Part shown: positions 25,531 to 34,317 of the stretch, piece after piece
Layout: the number at the start of each line of letters is the position of its first letter
Numbering within the stretch: position 1 is the first letter of the stretch
NCBI GenBank assembly: GCA_963665465.1
Contig: OY762226.1
Span: 5,713,612-5,777,611 of the forward strand
DNA from: Vicinamibacterales bacterium
GTDB lineage: Bacteria; Acidobacteriota; Vicinamibacteria; Vicinamibacterales; UBA8438
DNA length: 64,000 bases
Reading direction: 5' to 3'
Notes under the pieces: model-generated
Databases searched by the model: none
What the model saw: only the letters and a program-made list of their open reading frames with translations
Told to the model about the DNA's origin: nothing
Program-made: the position numbers and the translations under genes

Positions 25531-26553
25531 ATGAGTCATCGACACGTCGCGGGAGCCGTGCTGTTCACCGTCGCGATCGGCGCATGGGTGCTGGCGCCCG
25601 GCGCGGCGAGTCAGGAGGCCGCGGGGGCGGCCGACGATTACGTCGCGGGCCAGACGCCCTGGGGCGACCCCGATCTGCAGGGGATCTGGGGCGCGGGCTA
25701 CATCTTCACGCCGCTCGAGCGGCCGGCAGATTTCGAAGGGCGGGAGTTCCTGACGGACGAGGAGACCGCAGCCCTGGTGCAGCGGCAGGCATCGACTTTC
25801 GGCATCGGCGCCGGCGCGGGGGCCGGGAACACGACCGGGCGGCCCGAGCGCGGGACGCTCGCCGACTTGCGGGGGGCGTACAACGACGTCTACACCGGCC
25901 GTGGCACCGAGGCGATCGCCACCGGGCGCACGTCGCTGGTCATCGACCCGCCCAACGGCCTGATTCCGTATCTGCCCGGCGCGCGCGCGAGGTGGCAGGC
26001 AGAGCGCCCGCGCGTGACGGACGAGACGGCCGACGGCCCGGAGCAGCGGGGGAGCGACCGCTGCATGGGCGCGTATCTGCCGCTGGCCTACGGGCAGGCC
26101 GCGACCGCGGGCGGGCACAAGCGGATCGTCCAGACGCCGGGCCACGTGGCCGTCTACTACGAGCACGGGCACCACGGCGGCGCCTACCGCGACATCACGC
26201 TCGACGGGCGGCCGCATCCGCCGGCGCACGTCCGGCAGTGGCTCGGACATGCCGTTGGCCGCTGGGAAGGGCAGACGCTCGTCGTCGAGACGAGGAACTT
26301 CACGGGCAGGACGCGGTATCAGGGCGCGACCGAGAACATGACGCTGACCGAGCGCTTCACGCCGACCGCAGCGGACATGATCATGTATCACGCCACCATC
26401 GAGGATCCGGCCGTGTTCAGCGCGCCGTGGACGATCGAGGTGCCGCTCAACCGGCTCGACAACGTCGAGAACCGGATCTACGAGGCCGCCTGCCACGAGG
26501 GCAACTACGCGATGGTCAGCATTCTGGCCGGGGCGCGCCTGAACGAACAGTAG
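25531..26553 (+). CDS. Secreted protein, paralog family copy P6
   Basis: Signal MSHRHVAGAVLFTVAIGAWVLAPGAAS, then QTPWGDPDLQGIW, TPLERP, REFLTDEE, GRTSLVIDPPNGLIP, DRCMG, VQTPGHVAVYYEHGHHGGAYRDITLDGRPH, GHAVGRWEGQTLVVETRNF and YEAACHEGNY. The 24811 start in the track is a shadow extension. Confidence 0.85.
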   Translation: MSHRHVAGAVLFTVAIGAWVLAPGAASQEAAGAADDYVAGQTPWGDPDLQGIWGAGYIFTPLERPADFEGREFLTDEETAALVQRQASTFGIGAGAGAGNTTGRPERGTLADLRGAYNDVYTGRGTEAIATGRTSLVIDPPNGLIPYLPGARARWQAERPRVTDETADGPEQRGSDRCMGAYLPLAYGQAATAGGHKRIVQTPGHVAVYYEHGHHGGAYRDITLDGRPHPPAHVRQWLGHAVGRWEGQTLVVETRNFTGRTRYQGATENMTLTERFTPTAADMIMYHATIEDPAVFSAPWTIEVPLNRLDNVENRIYEAACHEGNYAMVSILAGARLNEQ

Positions 26554-26611
26554 CGTCCGGCTGTGCGCCGTCCGCGCGGGGCCGGGGACGGCCGGATACG
26601 AGGAGGGACAG

Positions 26612-27673
26612 ATGACGTTTCGGCATACGGCGGCGGCCTGCGCGCTGGCCGCCCTGGGCGCGGTCGTGCTGATCGCGGGGGGAGTGGTTTCCGGCCAGGA
26701 GCAGGCCGCCGAGGCGGACGGCTTCACGGCGCCGCGCACGTCGTGGGGCGACCCCGAGCTGGCGGGGATCTGGAGCCCCGGCTACACGCTGACGCCGCTC
26801 GAGCGTCCGGACGAGTTCGAGGGCCGCGAGTTCCTCACCGACGAAGAAGTGGCGGCGCTGGAAGGGGAGCAGGACTCGTCGGCGGGCCGCAACTTCCGGC
26901 CCGAGTCCGGGACGGTGGAGGACGTCGAGGGCGCCTACAACGACGAGTTCACCGGGCGGGGCAAGGACGTCATCCGCACGCGGCGGACGTCGCTGATCGT
27001 CGATCCGCCGAACGGCAGGATCCCGCCGCGCACGCCGGAGGCGATCGAGCGGATCGGGCCGTACCAGCCGCGCCGGGCTGCCGGCGGCGGCGAGATCGAG
27101 ACCGACGTCCGGATACCGTACCCGGTGGATCCGCAGAGCGGGCGCTACGCGGACAACCCGGAGGACCGCGCGCCGGATCGCTGCATGGGCATCACCATGC
27201 CGTTCGTGCGCGGGACGTCGGGAACCTACAGCCGCTTCGTGCAGTCGCCGGAGTCGTTGGCGATCTATCACGAGGACGGCCATCGGGGCGGCGGTTACCG
27301 GACCATCCACCTGGACGGCCGTCCGCATCTGCCGTCGCACATTCGCCAGTGGCTCGGCCACTCCATCGGCCACTGGGAAGGCGATACGCTGGTGGTCGAC
27401 ACGACCAACTTCAGCACCGGCACCAGCTTCTACGGCTCCAGCGAGAACCTGCATCTCGTCGAGCGGTTCACGCGCACGGGGGCCGATCTGGTGATGTACG
27501 AGGTTACCGTCGAGGATCCGACGGTGTGGCAATCCCCGTGGACCGTCGAGATTCCGCTGACCCTGGCGGACAACCAGGCCAACCAGATCTACGAGGCTGC
27601 CTGTCACGAGGGCAACTACGCGATGGTCAGCATCCTGGCCGGCGCGCGCAACCTCGAGGCGCAGGGCAGGTAG
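26612..27673 (+). CDS. Secreted protein, paralog family copy P7
   Basis: GAGGAGGG RBS and a signal peptide. PRTSWGDPELAGIW, TPLERP, REFLTDEE, RRTSLIVDPPNGRIP, DRCMG, YHEDGHRGGGYRTIHLDGRPH, GHSIGHWEGDTLVVDTTNF and YEAACHEGNY. Closest to P6. Confidence 0.85.
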   Translation: MTFRHTAAACALAALGAVVLIAGGVVSGQEQAAEADGFTAPRTSWGDPELAGIWSPGYTLTPLERPDEFEGREFLTDEEVAALEGEQDSSAGRNFRPESGTVEDVEGAYNDEFTGRGKDVIRTRRTSLIVDPPNGRIPPRTPEAIERIGPYQPRRAAGGGEIETDVRIPYPVDPQSGRYADNPEDRAPDRCMGITMPFVRGTSGTYSRFVQSPESLAIYHEDGHRGGGYRTIHLDGRPHLPSHIRQWLGHSIGHWEGDTLVVDTTNFSTGTSFYGSSENLHLVERFTRTGADLVMYEVTVEDPTVWQSPWTVEIPLTLADNQANQIYEAACHEGNYAMVSILAGARNLEAQGR

Positions 27674-27719
27674 AATCCGGCGGCGCACGCCCGCGGCCGC
27701 GCGGGCGTGCGCCAGGGCT

Positions 27720-29537
27720 CTAGGGCAGGCCGAACGCGAGCACCGCGTTCACCGCGGCAATCGCGACGTACTGGGTGCCGTTCACCTGATAGGTGAGCGG
27801 GCTGGCGTGGACGGCGCGCTCGGTATCGTACGCGAACAGCCGCTCGCCCGTCTCCGCGTCGAAACCGTAGAAGTTGCCATTCCCGACGCCCTGGAAGACC
27901 ACGTTGCCCGCGGTCACCAGGTTCCCGCCGTTCGTTGCCCCCTCGCTCTCGACGTGCCAGACCTGTTCGCCCGTGGCCGGATCGTAGGCGGCCAGCGTTG
28001 AGGTCGGGGTCATGCCGGTGCCGCCGAGCTCGGCGATGTTGCCGAAGTGGCCGATGTAGCCCGGGCCCGGCTCCAGGGTGTCGCCGACCACCTTCACCTT
28101 GATGGACCAGGCGTCGTTCTTGCCGGTCACGTACAGCAGGCCGGTGCGCCGGCTGAACGAGGGCGAGCCGTAGTTCGCGCCGCCCGTGTTGCCCGGTGAC
28201 GTGATCACGAACTCGTTCACCTGGTACGGGTGAAAGATCTGCCGCGCGCGCGGCGCGAGCTCGGGGTCGGCAATGGTCGGATACGTGGCGCAGAACGGCT
28301 CCTGCGGGACGCCCCTGGCGTTGTAGGGCACCGGCTGGGTGGGCCACACCTCTTCGCCCGGCACGTCGGTGTTGCGCGGAACGGTCGTCTCGACAATCGG
28401 GTTGAGCGGCTCGCCGGTCGCGCGATCGAGGATGTAGACGTAGCACGTCTTGCCGAGCGAGGCGACCGCCTTGACCGGACGCCCGTCCACGGTGACGTCG
28501 AACAGGATCGGTCCCGAGGCCAGGTCCCAGTCCCAGATGTCATGGTGCAGGGTCTGGAAGTACCATGCCAGCTCGCCCGTCTCGATGTCGATGGCCAGCA
28601 TGGAGTTGGTGAACAGGTTCATGCCGAGCCGCGACGAGCCGTCGTAGTTCGGCGAGGGATTGGCCGCGTTGATGTAGACCATCCCCAGCTCGGTATCGAT
28701 GGCCGGCTGCACCCAGACGCCGCCCCCGTACCGCTTGTCGGAGCTCCAGGTGCCGTTGGCGATCTCCCAGCCCGAGTCCTGCGGTCCCTGGGGGACGGTG
28801 TTGAACACCCAGCGCATGGCGCCCGTCGACCCGTCGAGCGCGGCCAGCAGCCCGCCGGGCAGCAGTCCCTCCGAGAAGGGCAGGCCCACGAACAGGGTGC
28901 CGTCGGCGGACGTCGGCGGGTTGGTCATCGCGAAGCCCATGGCCGTCGTGTCGACCGTGGGCGGATAGGTGTCGGGATACTTGAACGTCAGCGCCTCGCG
29001 CGCCACCTGCAGGAGGCCGTCGCCGCCGAACGATTCGACCAGCTCGCCCGTGCGGGCGTCCACCGCGTACAGGATCTCCCGGCCGAACGCGTAGATCACG
29101 CCGTCGGCGTAGGCCGGTCCGCGTCCGCCGCCCGGAAACGCCGGGTCGCCCTCGAACGTCCACACCGTTTCGCCGGTCGTCGCGTTCAGCGCGGTCAACT
29201 TGGAGCCGTTGTTGAAGTACATCACGCCGTCGACGACGAGCGGTGTGGTCGAGCGCACGATCTCGCGCGGAGGCATCTCGTACACCCACTTGAGCTCGAG
29301 GCTGCCGACGTTCGACGTGTCGATCTGGTCGGGTTGCGCATAGCGCGTGTTGCGGACGTCGAGGTTGTGGAGCGGCCAGTCGACGGTCCCGGCCGGGTCG
29401 ACCGCCGGCGGGGCGCTCTGGCGCACGGTGCGCGCCCCTTCCTGGGCCTGCGCCGGCAGCAGCAGGCCGGCCGCGAGAGCGGCCGCTCCGAGCCCGCCGG
29501 CCGCGAGCCGGCCAGCGATCCGTCCCGATTGCTTCAT
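27720..29537 (-). CDS. PQQ-dependent dehydrogenase (eight-bladed quinoprotein, methanol/ethanol-family-like), secreted
   Basis: GGAAGGAGA RBS precedes ATG 29537, followed by a signal peptide. WPLHNLDVRNTRYAQPDQIDTSNVGSLELKW, repeated propeller W-motifs, and an active-site region HHDIWDWDLASGP. There is no CxxCH. Confidence 0.85.
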   Translation of the reverse strand: MKQSGRIAGRLAAGGLGAAALAAGLLLPAQAQEGARTVRQSAPPAVDPAGTVDWPLHNLDVRNTRYAQPDQIDTSNVGSLELKWVYEMPPREIVRSTTPLVVDGVMYFNNGSKLTALNATTGETVWTFEGDPAFPGGGRGPAYADGVIYAFGREILYAVDARTGELVESFGGDGLLQVAREALTFKYPDTYPPTVDTTAMGFAMTNPPTSADGTLFVGLPFSEGLLPGGLLAALDGSTGAMRWVFNTVPQGPQDSGWEIANGTWSSDKRYGGGVWVQPAIDTELGMVYINAANPSPNYDGSSRLGMNLFTNSMLAIDIETGELAWYFQTLHHDIWDWDLASGPILFDVTVDGRPVKAVASLGKTCYVYILDRATGEPLNPIVETTVPRNTDVPGEEVWPTQPVPYNARGVPQEPFCATYPTIADPELAPRARQIFHPYQVNEFVITSPGNTGGANYGSPSFSRRTGLLYVTGKNDAWSIKVKVVGDTLEPGPGYIGHFGNIAELGGTGMTPTSTLAAYDPATGEQVWHVESEGATNGGNLVTAGNVVFQGVGNGNFYGFDAETGERLFAYDTERAVHASPLTYQVNGTQYVAIAAVNAVLAFGLP

Positions 29538-29697
29538 CTGTGTCGTCTCCTTCCGTCGCCGGTGAATGTCCATCTCCGAAGTATAGCCGTCGTTCCGGGC
29601 CGCACCGCCGGCGGGGCAGGGCGCGGCCGGGGCCGCACGGCAACCGCGTTGGCGCGTGCCGCCCGCCGGCAGCCGCCGACTGGGGTTCAGCTGGGGA

Positions 29698-31152
29698 TCA
29701 GGATGAAGCGGAGTCGGCGAGGCCGGCCAGCCGCCGGACCAGCGCCACCGCCTGCCGGTGGTCGTAGCTGCGGCCGACCATCTGCTTCTCGGCCTCGAGC
29801 GAGCCCTCGGCGTGCACGGCCAGAACCTCCTGGTACGCGCCGAACTCCGATGCCACGAGGTTCTTGACGAACGTGAGCGCCTTCAGGCGGTCCCGGCCGC
29901 CGACACGGTGGCCGGCGTAGTACTTGTCGTAGTAGTGCGCCGTCTCCTCCGACTCGAGGTCCTCGGCGCCCGGGCCCGTCACGAGCGCGCCGCCGGCGAT
30001 GTCCTGCACGTTGCGGACGGCATCGTGATACCCATGGGCGAAGTGGTACTTCGCCATGTTGACGTACAGCGGATCGGGCGCCGCAATGTCCAGCTCGCGG
30101 GGCTTGCCCATCATGGCCGCGTAGTGGGTGAGGCCGCGCAGCGTCTCGGCGTAGCTGATCAGCTGCACGAGCTTCTCCCGCACGTGTCCGGCGCGGGCGA
30201 TGCCGTTCATTTCGGCCATGACCAGCGCCGAGCCCACGAGCGCGTCGACCAGCGGCAGCTTGTACGAGATGGCGGTGAAGCGGTGGTGCTCGACGAACGC
30301 GAGCGCCAGCGGTCCGGCGAACTCGTGCTCGCCCGCGAGGAACACCCGGTCCCACGGCACGAACATGTCGTCGAAGACCGTGGTGGTCTCCATCATCTTG
30401 TGCTGCGCGCTGATGGGGAGCTCCGCGGGCGAGCTCTGCGGCCCGTGCGAGTCGAACGCCGAGGCGAGCAGCACCAGCCCCGGCGTGTTCATCGGGACCG
30501 CGAAGCTGACCGCGTAGTCCCGATCCGCCTCGCCGAGGGCGCGCGTCGGGAGGACGATCAGCTCGTTGGCGTTCGTGCTGACGGAGGTGTGCGCCTTGGC
30601 GCCGCGGACCACGATGCCGTCGTCCCGGCGCTCCACGATACGCACGTACATGTCCGGATCGTCCTGCTCGGACGGCTTGCGGGAGCGGTCCCCCTTGACG
30701 TCGGTCTGGGCGACGGCCACGGCCAGGTCGTTGTCGCGGCAGTGCTCGTAGTAGTCCCGCACGCGCTGCCCGTACCGGGTGCCGTGCTGCTCGTCGACGG
30801 CCGACGACACGCGCAGCAGGCCGCACAGCGCGTCGGTGCCGATTTCCTTGATCAACACGACCAGCGTAGCCCCTTCGGCGGTCGCGAGCTCGATGAGCCG
30901 GCTGCGCTGGAGCAGATCGTCGGGCGTGCGCGGAATCTGGTAGTAGCGGGAGTATTCGCCCGCCTCGTCGCTGACGACGCAGAGGTCGCGGTGGGCCGGG
31001 TCATGCGCCAGGTCGTAGTCGATGGCGGCGTGGGTGGCCGCGACGCCGATGACCGGGTGCGTGGTGACGTCCGGCACGCGGCGGCCCCGGTAGTAGACCG
31101 TCCGTCCGTCGCGCAGGCTGTCGAGGTAGTCGCTCGCCGTTCGCAGTGCCAT
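29698..31152 (-). CDS. HpaB/AbfD-family protein (4-hydroxyphenylacetate 3-hydroxylase / 4-hydroxybutyryl-CoA dehydratase superfamily)
   Basis: DYLDSLRDGRTVYYRGRRVPDVTTHP and RIVERRDDGIVVRGAKAH...EADRDYAVSFAVP are characteristic of this superfamily. There are only three Cys, all in the N-terminal third, and no CxxxC. Confidence 0.75.
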   Translation of the reverse strand: MALRTASDYLDSLRDGRTVYYRGRRVPDVTTHPVIGVAATHAAIDYDLAHDPAHRDLCVVSDEAGEYSRYYQIPRTPDDLLQRSRLIELATAEGATLVVLIKEIGTDALCGLLRVSSAVDEQHGTRYGQRVRDYYEHCRDNDLAVAVAQTDVKGDRSRKPSEQDDPDMYVRIVERRDDGIVVRGAKAHTSVSTNANELIVLPTRALGEADRDYAVSFAVPMNTPGLVLLASAFDSHGPQSSPAELPISAQHKMMETTTVFDDMFVPWDRVFLAGEHEFAGPLALAFVEHHRFTAISYKLPLVDALVGSALVMAEMNGIARAGHVREKLVQLISYAETLRGLTHYAAMMGKPRELDIAAPDPLYVNMAKYHFAHGYHDAVRNVQDIAGGALVTGPGAEDLESEETAHYYDKYYAGHRVGGRDRLKALTFVKNLVASEFGAYQEVLAVHAEGSLEAEKQMVGRSYDHRQAVALVRRLAGLADSASS

Positions 31153-31159
31153 GATGGGT

Positions 31160-31813
31160 CTATCCGAACGTTCCCGGCGTGCCGTCGACGATGAGCTCGG
31201 CGCCCGTTGCCTGCCGCGCCTGGTCGAGCGTGACGCCGGCAGCCAGCTCGCGCAGCGCGAACCCGGCCGGGGTGATGTCGATGACCGCCATCTCGGTGAC
31301 GACCATCGTCACCACCTCGACCCCGGTCAGCGGCAGCGAGCAGCGCTCGACGAGCTTGTGGCCGCCCTTCTTCGTCGCGTGCTCCATCGCCACGATGACA
31401 CGTTTGGCGCCGCCCACGAGGTCCATGGCGCCGCCCATGCCCTTGACCATCTTGCCCGGGATCATCCAGTTCGCCAGATTGCCTTCCTGATCCACCTGCA
31501 GGGCGCCGAGCACGGTCAGGTCGAGGTGTCCCCCGCGGACCATGGCAAACGACTCGACGCTGCTGACGATGGACGAGCCGCTCAGCTCGGTCACCGTCTC
31601 CTTGCCGGCGTTGATCAGGTCGGGATCGACCTGATCGCGCGTCGGATACGGCCCGATGCCGAGCAGGCCGTTCTCGGAATGCAGCGTGATCTCGACGCCG
31701 GGAGGGATGTGGTTGCCGACGAGCGTCGGGATGCCGATCCCCAGGTTGACGTAGTCCCCGTCCTTCAGCTCGCGCGCCACGCGCTTGACGATGCGTTCCC
31801 GTGGGTCAGCCAT
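31160..31813 (-). CDS. scoB: 3-oxoacid CoA-transferase subunit B
   Basis: [26 protein letters not shown]...SENGLLG...GGMDLV-type motifs ([14 protein letters not shown]). It overlaps subunit A by 8 nt. Confidence 0.9.
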   Translation of the reverse strand: MADPRERIVKRVARELKDGDYVNLGIGIPTLVGNHIPPGVEITLHSENGLLGIGPYPTRDQVDPDLINAGKETVTELSGSSIVSSVESFAMVRGGHLDLTVLGALQVDQEGNLANWMIPGKMVKGMGGAMDLVGGAKRVIVAMEHATKKGGHKLVERCSLPLTGVEVVTMVVTEMAVIDITPAGFALRELAAGVTLDQARQATGAELIVDGTPGTFG

Positions 31814-32501
31814 CCTGGAGCACCAGCCTCTCGATCCGCTTCTCGTAGTGCGTTCCCCTGACCACGTGCTGAACGTAGATGCCGGGCGTCACGATGTGGT
31901 CGGGATCGATGTCCCCGGGCTCGACGATCTCCTCGATCTCCGCGATCGTCACCTTCGCCGCGGCCGCCATCATCGGGTTGAAGTTCTGCGCCGTGCGGTG
32001 ATAGATGAGGTTTCCGAGGCGGTCGCCCTTCCACGCCTTCACGAAGGCGAAGTCGGCGTGCAGCGGCTGCTCGAGGACGTACCCGCGACCGTCGATCATG
32101 CGGGTCTCCTTCCCATCGGCGACCACCGTGCCGTAGCCGGTCGGCGTGAAGAAGCCGCCGATGCCCGCCCCGCCGGCCCGCAGGCGCTCGGCGAAGGTGC
32201 CCTGCGGGACCAGCTCCACCTCGATCTCGCCGGCCAGGAACTGACGCTCGAACTCCTTGTTCTCGCCCACGTAGGTGGCGATCATCTTCGTGACCTGCCG
32301 GGTTCGCAGCAGGACGCCGAGGCCGAAGTCGTCGACGCCGGCGTTGTTGCTGACCGCGGTCAGATTGCGTGTTCCCTGGGCATGGAGGGCGCTGATCAGG
32401 TTCTCGGGAATCCCGCACAACCCGAAGCCGCCCATCATGATCGTGGCACCGTCCGGAATCACCGCGACGGCGCTCGCCGCGTCCGGCAGCACCTTGTTCA
32501 T
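31806..32501 (-). CDS. scoA: 3-oxoacid CoA-transferase subunit A
   Basis: [36 protein letters not shown]...VSNNAG...[19 protein letters not shown] is the canonical family I CoA-transferase alpha subunit. Confidence 0.9.
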   Translation of the reverse strand: MNKVLPDAASAVAVIPDGATIMMGGFGLCGIPENLISALHAQGTRNLTAVSNNAGVDDFGLGVLLRTRQVTKMIATYVGENKEFERQFLAGEIEVELVPQGTFAERLRAGGAGIGGFFTPTGYGTVVADGKETRMIDGRGYVLEQPLHADFAFVKAWKGDRLGNLIYHRTAQNFNPMMAAAAKVTIAEIEEIVEPGDIDPDHIVTPGIYVQHVVRGTHYEKRIERLVLQDG

Positions 32502-32543
32502 GAGTGCGGATCATACCATCAGGCCGACCCCACCCGGGGACCT

Positions 32544-32571
32544 GCGGACCGCGGACCACGGACCACGGACT
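32544..32571 (+). repeat. Four tandem heptamers (G/A)CGGAC(C/T)
   Basis: GCGGACC GCGGACC ACGGACC ACGGACT, read directly. It sits in the divergent scoA / SDR intergenic region and abuts the TATCAT box. Confidence 0.8.
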
Positions 32572-32573
32572 GC

Positions 32574-32579
32574 TATCAT
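32574..32579 (+). promoter_or_regulatory. -10-like hexamer TATCAT ending 7 nt before ATG 32587 (leaderless candidate)
   Basis: There is no SD between the hexamer and the SDR start codon. Confidence 0.35.
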
Positions 32580-32586
32580 TCCGGGC

Positions 32587-33378
32587 ATGTCAGCAATCGA
32601 CGTCAGCAGCCTGTTTTCGCTGGAAGGCAAGGTCGCCCTCGTCACGGGCGGGTCACGCGGGATCGGCCGGATGATTGCGGAGGGGTACCTGCAGTCCGGG
32701 GCGACCGTCTACATCACGGCGCGCAAGCGGGAGGCATGCGACCGCACCGCGGCGGAGCTGAGCCACCTGGGCACCTGCGTGTCGCTGCCGGGGGACGTCT
32801 CGACCGAGGAGGGCCGCGCGGGGTTGCTCGAGGCATTGGCCGAGCGAGAGGACAGGCTGCACATCCTGGTCAACAACGCCGGTGCGAACTGGGGCGCACC
32901 CTACGGCGAGTTTCCGGAGAAGGGTTTCCGCAAGGTCATCGACCTGAACCTGACGGCGGTCTTCTTCCTGACCCGGGACCTGACGCCGATACTGGAGCGG
33001 GCTGCCCGCGCGGCGGACCCCGCGCGGGTCATCAACGTCGGGTCCATGGACGGCATTCACGTGCCGACCATCATTCCGACCGGCGTGTTCGCCTATGCGT
33101 CGAGCAAGGGCGGCGTGCACCACCTGAGCAAGTGTCTCGCGGTCGAGCTGGGGCCTCGCCACATCACCGTCAATGCGATCGCGCCGGGCTACTTCGAGAG
33201 CAGGATGACGGCGGAGGTGCTCGTGGAGCACGGGGATCGGATCAGGGGCGCCTGTCCCCTCGATCGGATAGGCAGGCCGGAAGAGATGGCCGGCATCGCG
33301 ATCTACCTGGCATCGCGTGCCGGCGCCTATACGAACGGTGCCGTCATCCCGGTGGACGGCGGCACCTGCATCAATTGA
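32587..33378 (+). CDS. SDR-family oxidoreductase
   Basis: GKVALVTGGSRGIGRMIA (TGxxxGxG), NNAG, and the catalytic YASSKGGV (YxxxK) motif. The 32275 start in the track is a shadow extension through scoA. Confidence 0.9.
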   Translation: MSAIDVSSLFSLEGKVALVTGGSRGIGRMIAEGYLQSGATVYITARKREACDRTAAELSHLGTCVSLPGDVSTEEGRAGLLEALAEREDRLHILVNNAGANWGAPYGEFPEKGFRKVIDLNLTAVFFLTRDLTPILERAARAADPARVINVGSMDGIHVPTIIPTGVFAYASSKGGVHHLSKCLAVELGPRHITVNAIAPGYFESRMTAEVLVEHGDRIRGACPLDRIGRPEEMAGIAIYLASRAGAYTNGAVIPVDGGTCIN

Positions 33379-34291
33379 CGGTGACGGTCACGAAGTCGTA
33401 CGTCGACTTGGCGCCGTCGTGCGCGCGGGCCTGCAGAACGTAGGTTCCGGGCAACGAGAACGCAGCCGATGTCTTCGCCGTCCCTCCCTCCACCATCGAG
33501 AACGGCGGATCGAAGACAACATCGGCGGGCCCGCGCCAGACGAGGTACGACACCGACAGACCCTGCGGCGGCGTCGGCTTGCTCTGCCGGCCGCGTGCGT
33601 TGACATTCAGGAAGGGCACGTTCTTCGGCGGTTCCGGAGAGCCCTCCGGAGGCACCAGAATCGGCGGAATCTCCTGCCCGACGGCGCGGTTGCGCTGAAG
33701 CTGGCGCCGGCCGCGCGGCGTCGGCAGGCCGTCGTCGGTGATGTTGGCGGTCAACTCGAGGCCGCTGTCGAGCGAGACTGCCGCCGGCAGATCGATGCCC
33801 GCGATGGTCGGCGCCACGTTCCGCTGGTTTTCCTCGCCCTGCGTCCGGCCGCCGAACTCGGGATCGATCTCCCACTCCGGCTGCAGCCAGCCGACGGCCT
33901 GCTCGGTCCTGCCCCGCACCGTGAGGGTCCAGATCAGCTCGCGGTCGCCGAAATCGGCGGGCACGGTCACGCTGAAGATCTGGCGGTTGTTGCGCGTGTA
34001 GAAGTAGGTCGGCTGGCCCTGATCGGGACCGCCCGGCTCGATGTTGTTGTCCGGTCCGATCGGGATGTGCAGCTTCTCGAGATAGTTCCGGTTCAGGTAT
34101 CCCAGATGCATCTCGAAGCTGCCGTCGGGATTGCGGGACCAGCCCTGGAAGATCGGCTGGACGTTCTGCCCCTTGTTGTACTTGAGCATGTAGGGCAGGT
34201 GGTCCAGCTGGGCCGGCGCGGCCTGCGGCAGCAGCAGCAGGCCGGCGCCGATTCCGGCGATTGCCAGATACCTGAGTTGCATCCACTTCAT
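33371..34291 (-). CDS. Secreted hypothetical protein with C-terminal Ig/PKD-like domain
   Basis: ATG 34291. Signal MKWMQLRYLAIAGIGAGLLLLPQAAPAQ. The C-terminus ...GTYVLQARAHDGAKSTYDFVTVTVN is Ig-fold-like. It lies 26 nt downstream of the cyt c/Cu-monooxygenase-like gene on the same strand. The rest of the 714-aa track ORF is shadow frame. Confidence 0.7.
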   Translation of the reverse strand: MKWMQLRYLAIAGIGAGLLLLPQAAPAQLDHLPYMLKYNKGQNVQPIFQGWSRNPDGSFEMHLGYLNRNYLEKLHIPIGPDNNIEPGGPDQGQPTYFYTRNNRQIFSVTVPADFGDRELIWTLTVRGRTEQAVGWLQPEWEIDPEFGGRTQGEENQRNVAPTIAGIDLPAAVSLDSGLELTANITDDGLPTPRGRRQLQRNRAVGQEIPPILVPPEGSPEPPKNVPFLNVNARGRQSKPTPPQGLSVSYLVWRGPADVVFDPPFSMVEGGTAKTSAAFSLPGTYVLQARAHDGAKSTYDFVTVTVN

Positions 34292-34317
34292 GACACTTGC
34301 TTCCCGGCTCGCGCCTG

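Noticed and set aside
27668-27673. TAGAAT hexamer as a promoter -10 element.
   Set aside because: It overlaps the stop codon of P7, and no plus-strand gene follows because the next gene is convergent. It is most likely a chance AT-rich hexamer.
29698-31152. Calling this gene a bona fide 4-hydroxybutyryl-CoA dehydratase (abfD).
   Set aside because: The protein has only three Cys and no CxxxC pair, so the known [4Fe-4S] ligand set cannot be satisfied. It is kept at superfamily level.
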